64,000 bases of DNA, taken from sequence record PP337211, one strand, 5' to 3'. Position 1 is the stretch's first letter, and each line of letters starts with the position of its first letter. The stretch comes from Escherichia phage ERS-1. The notes beneath the pieces were generated by a model. The model made no database searches. It was given only the letters and a program-made list of their open reading frames with translations, and was not told the DNA's origin. A program made the position numbers and the translations under genes. Of the stretch, positions 55,201 to 64,000 are shown piece after piece.

Positions 55201-58200
55201 ATCGGGGCGGCGGGGCCGGAGGGGCCGGAGCGGACTTGCCTCCGGCGTTGCCTCCTCCAGTTCTGGCCGTGACGTGCGCCGGTTTCTCAGGCGTCAATGG
55301 TCGAGGCGGTTGCCTTGGTGGTGCCGGATCTTCGCCGGCTGTTCTCCTTTGCAGAGTCGGTCGGGTTACTGAGCGGCCTTCGCCTCTCGCGGGCGTGGCC
55401 CGGGCGACGGCTTCCACGTCAGCGCGGGCACGCCGGCGGAGCCCTGCCCCGCTTCTCCCGGCGGCCATCGTGGGCTCTCCGTCCTTGGTCCGAGTGAGAG
55501 TGTCGTCCGCCGGGTCCAGGCCGAGGACCGCCTTCTGAGCTTGGCAATCGGTTTCCGCGGTTTGGCCCCCTTGCCGGACCGGCGGGACCGCCGGTTGCTC
55601 GTCTCCCTTTGGGTTACCCCCGGCTCGCCCGGCTTCGGCTTCGCTCCGCCGCTGAGGCGTACGCGTTGCGGTTTTGCCGCTCCCGTCCGGGCGAACGTCG
55701 CCGTGTACCGGCTGTCGGCCGTCGCTGGCAGCCTTCTCTGAGATTGCTGGCCCTTCCGGTACCTTTGCGGGGTGCCTTCCGGTAGGCCTGCCGTTGCGTC
55801 TCGAGGAAGCGGGCGTGGCGCTGACCTCCCGCCGGAGCGGCGATGGTCAAGCGGCCCTTGTCGAACGGTAGGGCTGACTGCCCGGAGCGGACCGCGGCCC
55901 GCCTGGGGGTCTGGTCAGGACGAAGGTTGTTTGGATGATGGTGGGTCCCGTACGGTTCTCCTGGGTCAGCGGCTGTTGCGTTGCGGCCAGGACCCGCGGG
56001 TCCACAGCAGCGTCGGCAGGGTATCGCTGAGGGCGTCGCCCAGGCTCCGCCGTCCGTGATCGTGCCCGGGCGCTCGATGGGGGATTCGCCCCCGGCGGCG
56101 TGGACTGGATCCTGGTCTGCCGGTTGCCGGTAGTGCGTCCGCGGCTCCCGCGATGGCTAGGGTGTTCGTGGCGCGGGACGCGGCGTTGATCCCGGTTGTG
56201 TTCGGAAGCGGTCAACGGTGCTGCGGCGACCTGTCGGCGGTGTTGTCGGTCGCGTCTCCGCACCGGTGACGCTGACATGGGCGCTCCGTCCGCGGCCTCC
56301 GCCCGGGTACCTCGTCGAAGGTCCTGCTGTTCCGTCGGCTCCGGCGGCGATTCGGTCGGTTGAATCGTTGAGCCCTGCCCTGCCGTCGCCGTCGAACTTC
56401 GCCTGGTGGTCCGCTTGGCGATGGTGTCGGAAGCGGCGACAGGTGCCGGCGCTCCGCGCCGTGCGTCAGGTCGCGGCCGGAACTTGTTCCGGTCCAGGGT
56501 TAGGGTAAGTGGGCGGATGGCTTCTCCTGAGCGTGTTTCGGAAGGGTGACCCGCCCTGGCGGCCCGCCCTTCGGGTATGACGGGGGCCCTCCCCCGGAGG
56601 GCGGGACCGCCTTAGCTGGCGACGCCGGCGTGGTGCCCGCCCTCCGCCGAAGGGCGCCAAGCCGGTACCACTTGACGCGCCAGATGTGCTCGTCGGAGTC
56701 CTCCACTCGCCCGTCGTCGTGGTCCTGGATGCCCGCGGCCTGGGTCGTGGTCGGGTCGGCGACGCCGTGGGTGCGCGAACCGTTGTCTGCAGTACCTGCC
56801 AAGATCGTGGTGGTGTGGCGCCGGTGCCCTTGGTCTGGTTGGTCGGGACGTAGTCGTTGCGGAAGATCGGGGTGCCGGAGTAGGCCGGACCTCCGCGCCG
56901 CTGGCTCCATGCCCGTCATGGATGGTGGCCGCGGTGCGGAGTAAGCGCTGTAGCTGTGGACGCGGTGCGGTTGGTGCGCAGCCCGCTGGCTGTCCCGTTG
57001 GCGAGGTCCTTTGCCGTGATGGCGAAGCCGACGCCGGAGCCGTTCGCGCCGGTGGTCGCTTTCTGACCCGGAGGCGGGCGGCCGGATCGTGCCCGCCAGT
57101 CTGCGTCGCCCGCGCCGGCGCCGTTGATCGGTGGTTCCTGCAACTTGCGGCCTGGCGGACTTCGCCTTGGAGGCGATCTGGACCTGCGGTTGGTCGTCGC
57201 CGTCGCCGCAGCGGTAGCCTGGATCAGGCTGCTTGGCTTCGCGGCGTCACCCATGATGGTGGTGAGGTCGGAGTTGACCTTGGTGAGGTCGCAGCGGCCT
57301 TACCGTGTGGCGCCGGAGAAGGTCGTGCGATGGGCCTTTACGACGTTGCCGGTGACGTTCTCGCGGTTGTACGCGAGGCCGTCGCCTTCGATCAGTCGAG
57401 GGCGCCGAACCCGGCGGTTGACGGTGATGATGTTCTCATCCCTTGCCCGTGCCGTTCGTCCCTGGCCGCTGGCGCTTTCGGGTAGAAGCTTAGCCCTTTA
57501 CCGGCCTTCTCTTCCGGAGTCGATGAATCTTGCTGGCGGTTTTGCCGTGCCGGATTGCCGGTGTTCCGTCGCGGCCCGCGCAATTCACGCGTGGGCCTTC
57601 GCCTCTGGCGTATGTCGGTAGCGGACACCACAGTACGGTTGGCGAAAAGGGAAGCCCCCTGGCCGGGGGCCCCTGGGCCTCCCCGGATCCGTCCCTCGCC
57701 CACCGCGGCCCGCCTTGAACTGACCCTTGGCGAGGCCCTGGGCGATCCTTTTCGTTGGCCGGTTGGTGACCTTGCCCTGCTGGCGCGGAGGCGCTGACCG
57801 CCGCAGGTGCCGCCGCCCGCCGGGCTTCCGACTCCAAAGGGTGGTCCTGGCTTCTCGTTGGCCTTCGGTTTTTTTGCTGACCTGCTCGCGGATGGTCCGT
57901 GGGCTGGCCGGTTGCTGCGATAATGTGGTCGCCCTGGATCACTGAACACCTGACTTTAGTGCCTGCTGCTCCACCCCTTCCTCTACCTGGGCTTGATGAA
58001 CGGTGAGTTCCGGGGACGCCCTTCGGCCTCCGCGACGGTGGCGGGTGGTGCTCGACCTGGTAGCCCGTGGCCGGTTCCTGGAGGGCTTCGGCGCGGGCCT
58101 CCGGCCTTCTTCAGGCCCTTCGCGCGCGCATTGGCCAGCTCTGGTGAACCTTGTCCGGTTCAGGCTGGCTTCGCCGCCCTTGGCGGTTTCGTTCTGGAGT

Positions 58201-59798
58201 TCGGTCCGGCTTCGCGCCGACGCTCGGCCTTGATTTCCTCCGGCGTCGCCGAAGCTTGCCCGGCTGTTGGCGAGGTCTTGGCCTTCGCTTCGGCGCGAGC
58301 GGCCTTGAGGGTACGGTTCCCTGCCGGTTTTCCTCACCTCCCTTGTGGGCTTCGTCCGGGACGGTCTGCCCTTTATCGCCCTGCTGTAAGATTCCCCGGA
58401 ACTGTTCCGGGACCTTGTCGATGGAATCGACCGGAGCTGAATTCAGGGTGGTGGAATTGTATCCTCGTTTGCCGTGGATCACCCGCCTGTCCCGGCGCCT
58501 TGCGGTTTGTGTCTGTAGCCTCTGGGGCTTTTCGCGTCGGTGCCCGCCTTGCGGAAGGCGTCCGGCTTGCGCTCCGCGAGTCAAGAGCCTTGCTGTTGCC
58601 TGATCCGAACTGGTCTGTTCCTGCCCGCCCTCCCGGCTGCTGGCCTTGGCCCTCGCCCCTAACCTCCTTCCTGGAAGGAGGCGGGCTGCGCTTCAAGTCC
58701 TGACACGCGGTCGCCGCCGGAACCCTGCCCCACGTTCTCCGCGGCCCGGCTTTCCCCTGACGTCCTGGATCGGCTTGCCCGCCTCCTTCGCCTTCCGGCG
58801 GAAGTCGATTTCACGCTTGGCGCGGGTCCGGGGTCGTTGCGGTCGGGCGATTGCCCGGAGGCCCTCGCCGTCGATGTAGGCGACCATCCGACCGGCAGTT
58901 GAAGTGGGCCGGGGGCTTCGCGTCCTTGGGCTGGAGCCGGGGATGTCCGTGGCAGCTGTTCGTCGCCCGGGCTCCCGCGGCCGTCCCGGGTGGCGTGCCC
59001 TGCCGTGGCCGACCGTCCGGCGTGCTCCTCCCCGGCCTTCGCCGTGATGATGTCGCTGTCGGCGTCCCGGGTCAGCCCGCGCGGTATTGGACCCGCGGTC
59101 GACCGCGGTTCGGACGATCCCCTGGGCGTCCCGCCGGGCGTCGAGCGATGCCGTCCTGGGCGCGTCTGCGCGTCCGACCCCGCTGCGATGTCGTCAATGG
59201 GCTCCCCGTTCGTCTGTCCGAGCTGAAGGGCCGTGGTCCTCGCTGCTGGTCAGCCGCCTCCGGTGCTGAACCTGTCCTGCAGGAACCGCCCTGGAACGGG
59301 CGGGAGGTGGCGATGGCCCGGAGCTGGTCCGCGCTTCATGCCTTGAAGCCACCTCAATCGTGATGGAGGATGTAGGCAGGTCGATTTTCGGCCTGGCCTT
59401 CGAGGACGGCGAGCTGCCCCAGTCCGCCCGGCGGGTCTTGTACTCCGCGAGGGCCGCGGCCCGGGCTCCGCGGACGTCCGGCGGCCTTCCTGCGTTCGCC
59501 GGTGAAGTCCGTGCGCGGCCCTCGAAGCGGGCGAGCCGGGTGCGCGGTGTTCGGTCGGCGCGGTCCGCCTCCTCCTAGCCGGGCGACCCGCTCGGCGACG
59601 CCCGCGCTGTAGCGGCGCAGGTCATTTGGTGACGCAACGCGGCGTCCCCGGTACTTCGTTGAAGGTGGGCATTGCCTTCTCCATTTCTTCGGTCCGTTTG
59701 CTGAAGTGGTATAAGCCCGGTAATTGAGCGGCCGAGGACGATGCTCAAGGAGCCAAAGCCAAGAAGTGCCGGGTTCGACTCGCCTCCGGATTCCGGTT

Positions 59799-59843
59799 GC
59801 TTCGCCGCCTTCGCCGCCTTCGCCGCCCTCGCCGCCCCTCGCC
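59799..59843. repeat. tandem 9-bp repeat (GCCTTCGCC-like) x ~5
   Basis: gcttcgccgccttcgccgccttcgccgccctcgccgcccctcgcc read directly. Confidence 0.7.
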
Positions 59844-61999
59844 CCTCCCCTTCGGCGGGTCTTCTGGCCGGGTCGGTGCCGGAGCTGCGCGGCCCATCGC
59901 CTCGCCGATCTTCCTTCTGCCCTCCCCTCGTCCGTTGAAGTCCTCCGGCAGGACCCCGCGGCGGAGGCCGTTCGGGTGCCCCGCGGCGACGTCGCGCTTC
60001 TCGCGTGCGACTTGGAGGGCCTGAAGGCCCGGGGCGTCCGTTTTTCCGTCAGGCTCCGGCCTGCGCGCCGCCGTTCGGCCCAGGCGGAGCCGTTCGCGGT
60101 GATGTCCAGGGCCTGGGCCGGGCGTCCTCGAACTGCCCGTTGTCGCGTTCCGTCGCCGGTCGCCTCCGCGCTGTCCGGCGCCGGGCGGTCGCCGTCGCCC
60201 GCCGGTCTGCGCTTCGGGAACTCCGCGCCAGGCCCGCCCCTTCCCGCCTCGGGTGTCCTTGAGGTCCGTGCGGCCCGCGGCGATGGCTTGGCCGGTGTGC
60301 TCACCAGAGAACCGGCCCGCCGGGTCCGGGTTGGGCCCTTGTCCGGCCTGACCACGGCCGGGTCCCAGTCCTCCCCGCACGCCCCCGAGGCGAGGATCGG
60401 GAAGCGGGAGACGGTGAGGATGTGGCGTTGGTCGGAGGAGGACTGCCTGTGAGCCACGTCCGTTGAGGTGAGCCGTGTCCGGGAGCGGGGGCTTGCCCGG
60501 CGAAGCCTTGGCGGTCCGCGTAGAAGGTGACCTGTGGGACGGGTAGTTCTGGCCCGTCGCCCCTTCCTCGCCCTTGCCCCCTTCTGGGCGTTGGACTTTT
60601 GCCGGCTCCCGGCTGAGGCCCGGCTCCGGACGCGGATGCGGCGCTTGGCGTCTCCGCGAAGCCGTCCTGCTCGGCGTAGTGTTCGATGATGCGGACGTGC
60701 TGGAGGACTTCACCCCGTCGATCACCTCTGACCGGGCGGCTGGGGTCGGCTCTGATCAGATCCTGTACGGGCGGTGCTCTCCCGGCGGTCCTTTGCGGGT
60801 CCGGGGTTGGCCGTCCTCCCGCGGGGCCGGGCGGGGGTCGATGAGGACGTGGCAGGGCCTTGCCTTGCCTTCGCGAACCCTTGATGGGCCAACGTTTGTC
60901 GTTCCCCGCAGGTTCCTTGTTGGTGATCGTCTCCAAATTGCCTTGGGCACGTCTCGCCTCCAGCTTGATCGGCTCGCTGAGGGCTTGCCGCTCTGGGCGT
61001 CCGCGTCTGTTCGACCTTGTTGAGGAGGACGGCGGAGGCCTGGTGCTCCTGATAGCCCTTGTCCGTCTCCCTCCTGGTGGCGGGTACGCTCCGCCCGCCT
61101 CGCGGATCGTTTGCCCCGCCTGGTCTCCATGACGTGCCGTGCGGAGGTTGGGCGTCGCCCCCGCTGGTCGTGGCGGGGGGCTCTTCGGGCTTTGTCGGCC
61201 GGTTGGTTCTCCTGGTTCGCGGATCTCGCCCGAAGGCGAGGACCCTGGCAGTTGCACCGAGGTTGCCCTGCTTGACGCGCGTGGCTCGTGCGCGGTAGCG
61301 GATCGCGTCGGCGTGGTCCTCCGCCTCCGTGTTTGTTGTCCGTCCTCGTCGTCGTGGGGGGGGGACCGTCCGATGGTCTGTGATGCCTGTCGAAAGACGG
61401 GACCTGCCGGGACCTCGCGCGGTCCCCCGCCCGCCGGAGGTAGTCGCCCCCCAGGCTCGCGGATTCGCTCCTGCCTGCTTGCGCGAGCCTGGGCCTCGTC
61501 CGCGGGCGTCGGCGACGCCCTTCCTCTCCGTCTGGCGGCGATGCCGTCGCCGTTCTCCCGTCGAAGATGGAGGAGCTGCGGGGCCGGGCTGACCCACCTT
61601 CCGGCGCCCAGCCCCTCCTCCCGGCCCTTGCCCTTGGGCGACCTCGGAGGTGAGGCGCGGATGCCCTCGTTGCGCGTTCCGTTCCTGCCGTACCGCCCTG
61701 GAACGGGTGATCGCCCCGCCTTCCCGGCCTCGCGGCCGTTCCCCTGGAACGGCTCCCCTTCCGACTCTGCCTCGGCGACGGCGAAGGGCTTGCAGCTGCC
61801 CCGTCGAAGCCGCGGCGACTTTCACCGCTTCGGGATCGCCGATGGCGGGACGGAGGGCGGGTGCACGTCCCCGCGGTAGATGTCGTCGGTGTCCCTTCCC
61901 GCGCAGACGCCCCAGGAGCCGTGGAGCCGGCGGCGAGTTCGGAGGGGTTCCGGCCGCGGCTCGAATCTTGCCGATGTACTCCGGGCGGCGTGGGGGTAT

Positions 62000-63190
62000 C
62001 CGGTTTTCGGCACGGACCGGTGGATGGCGACCCGGGGCGGTTCGCGCTCGCCGTCTCGTCGCGTCCAGGATTGCCCACCGCGGCTGTGGGGAGGCGGAAG
62101 CGGGCCTCTGACCCTGTTGTGGCCGGGGCCGTAGGGGTTGGTGGTCGCCCGGTAGCGGGTCCCGGCTTCGCGGGAGTGGTGGTGTCCGTTAATGGCGAGC
62201 CCCGCCGTCGCCCGTTGGTGCTCTTCCCGCCGGTTGCGGATAGGCGTGGCCGTGGCAGTTCAATCCTCCGCGACTTCTGGCGCCCTGCTCCTCGCCGTCC
62301 GGGAGGTCTTCTGTGCTCCCCTTGTTGTACTTGGCCCCCGGGAAGATGCGCTTGAACCGTTGGTCTGTCGATCGCGTCTGAGGGCTGGGGTAGGTCTGAC
62401 GGGGAACTGTATGCCCCGCCTCTCCACCCGTAGCCCTTCCCCCGCGCTGGAGGAAGCCTTCCCTGGTCGGTCTTGCCCGGGCCGCGCGTCCCCTGCCTCC
62501 CTCGAAGATCGGGTGCGCCTTTAGGAAGGCGAGCTGCGACCCGCACCGGCCCTTCCCTGTCGCCTCCGACTCCTTCCCCCGTCTCCGGTCCGCGGCAGCC
62601 CTGGCTCGCCGGGCTCCGCCTCGCGCCGCTCGGGTTCGGGTAGTCCGGGCGGGCGGCGATGGCGACCGCCTTGTCGGCTTCGGTTCGAGCGGTCTTCCTG
62701 CCGCCCTCCCCGGTCGGACGGCCCGACGGTCCGCGGGCGAGGTCCCCGGGTCTGGTTCTGCCGTCGTTGATCGTGGCCGGAGCCCCCGGGACGATTACCC
62801 CGCCGGTGCCCGAGGTGGTTGCTGGCCGCGTCCTTCCCGTCCTTGAACTCCTGCGGTGGGCGCGGAGGCTGATGGCGCGAGTGAATCGCTGGCACCCTCC
62901 GCCGGTGATGATTTCGTCCTTGAACTTCCCGCCGATGATCGGCGCTCCGCCGCCCCGCGCCCGCTTCAGGCCGCGCCGGAACCTGGTGCCGGCTTTGTCG
63001 CTCGGCGGGCGTCCTCCAGGGCCTGGGAACTCTCGGTCCCTTCCCCGGTGATAGTCGATGGTGGAGCCGGAGACGCGGCCTCCGCGGTGTATTCCGCCCT
63101 CCCGTCGGGACGCGTGCGGAGGGCTCCTGGCACCTGCTCCTTGCGGTCCGAGGTGAAGGGCCCTTCGGCTCCGGCTTTTGGTCTTCCTGG
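62000..63190 (-). pseudogene. P-loop NTPase-containing coding region (copy 2), inverted paralogue of 22927-24000
   Basis: Walker A GTRGPGKTD at 62465-62491 (minus); flanking AVAIAARPDYP, GKFKDEII and KGYGW segments are shared with copy 1. Confidence 0.35.
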
Positions 63191-63419
63191 TTGCGGTTCG
63201 CTCCCCCTTCGGCGTGTACTGTTCGTCGGTTGTGCTGCGTGGCCACCCGTCCCGGCCTCGGTCGGGCTTTCCCTCGCCGCGAGTATAGCGTGAGCTTGGG
63301 CAATAGCCAAGGGCGGGTCGCGCCCGCCCGCGGGGAGAGGTCGAGGAGCGTGTGGGCGGATTGCCGGCAGGCGCGCAGCGTCCTCCGCTTAGGTTCGAGG
63401 GCTGCGTTCCACTTTCGTC

Positions 63420-63515
63420 CGAAAAAAAAAAAGTCAAGCGGTAAAGGTTAAAAACCTGCCCTTTATATACAGACAGACAGATAGATACTTAACTCACTAA
63501 CTCACTTACCTTAAC
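63420..63515 (-). promoter_or_regulatory. island 3 (inverted copy of island 1): GTTAAGGTAAGTGAGTTAGTGAGTTAAG + (TATC)2(TGTC)3 + TATATAAA + TTGACT + T11 on the minus strand
   Basis: Reverse complement aligns base-for-base with 22560-22700, with substitutions and a different microsatellite composition. Confidence 0.7.
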
Positions 63516-64000
63516 CCCCTGACAGCCCTTCGGACAGCCGAAACCCTCAGTGGTGATTCTCTGGGCGGTCCGCCGGGTCGATTTGTCGGCAGAATTTATT
63601 TCAGGGTAAAGATCGAAGGTAACCTAGCTAAGGACGTGAACCCCAGACGGTTTGACCTCCCGCCTCGCCTCGCTTTCTCTTTTCGGAGCTGAACCCAGTG
63701 CATTTCGTAACCCGGGAGGTTCCCGGTCACGGAAGTGGAGAAGGAGGAGGGAGCCCCGCCGGTTTTCCGCTGGCCTTCGGCCTCCTGTAGCGAAGTCGGT
63801 CGATTGCCGCCCGGCGGGGCATTCAGGGGCGGGCTGCCCAGGTGTCGACCTGGATGGAAGGGGGTGAGGAGCCGCCCCGGCGGGCCTCCAGGTGGAGGGG
63901 AGGGGGTGGTTGTTGACGTAGGTGGAGCGGGGCGGTGGAATTGAGGGCGGCGTCCTCCGGGTCCCACGCCGCCCTCGACGGCCTGTCATCCCAGGTCGGT

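Larger units (their letters stand above)
60390..63810 (-). repeat. right (inverted) copy of the large diverged duplication; continues to the window edge
   Basis: See the partner feature 22300-25688; homology is still present at 63700-63810 versus 22300-22420. Confidence 0.7.
26099..64000 (-). other. GC-rich blocks B and C: minus-strand coding polarity, frame-disrupted phage/plasmid-like coding sequence
   Basis: Recognisable protein motifs (helicase, RNR, tape-measure-like, Walker A copy 2) and SD+ATG 31363 are all on the minus strand. Confidence 0.5.

Noticed and set aside
60756-63437. 893-aa minus-strand ORF and other very long ORFs in the GC-rich blocks (e.g. 33706..36219, 42098..44182, 31451..33400) as intact genes
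   Set aside because: Their translations are dominated by R/P/G/S/A low-complexity text with only short protein-like islands; long ORFs are expected by chance in ~70% GC DNA, and the recognisable motifs fall in several different frames.
22300-64000. Simple fold-back (template-complement) long-read artefact as the explanation for the inverted duplication
   Set aside because: The two copies are not adjacent (about 35 kb of unrelated sequence lies between them) and the T4-like part shows no comparable error load; not excluded for parts of the GC-rich region.

Overview
This window is a compositional chimera. Positions 1-4677 are AT-rich T-even (T4-like) phage DNA with all genes on the minus strand: the alpha-glucosyltransferase N-terminus, late sigma factor gp55, several small ORFs, an NrdH-like glutaredoxin, the anaerobic RNR activase NrdG, and only the 3' end of anaerobic RNR NrdD. 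The phage sequence stops inside nrdD at a 15-nt poly-T run (4678-4692). The remaining ~59 kb is strongly GC-rich (about 70% by eye) and broken into blocks by short AT-rich junction modules of two repeat families. One family is a ~100-bp unit with a perfect 14-bp palindrome (J-units); the other is a set of islands carrying an all-frame stop motif, a microsatellite and TATA/TTGACT-like motifs. The GC-rich DNA clearly derives from coding sequence of a high-GC phage or plasmid-like element: I can read a RecD/TraA-like SF1 helicase, a class I/II ribonucleotide reductase large subunit, a DnaQ-like exonuclease motif, a tape-measure-like motif, a Walker-A NTPase and several Shine-Dalgarno plus ATG/GTG starts. 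However, the reading frame is lost every few tens of codons, so the six-frame track is dominated by long R/P/G/S-rich artefact ORFs and none of these genes is intact as written. Block A (4972-25688) is plus-strand coding and flanked by 31-bp inverted repeats, while everything else is minus-strand coding. At least 22300-25688 is repeated in inverted orientation at 60390-64000 with heavy divergence and indels that do not respect codon phase. I cannot tell from sequence alone whether this is a degraded or neutrally evolving duplicated element, an error-rich or chimeric assembly, or an engineered or synthetic construct. The junction repeat families and the inverted, frame-decayed duplication are the most unusual signals. 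All protein identifications are from memory of motifs, not from database searches, and coordinates in the GC-rich part are approximate.
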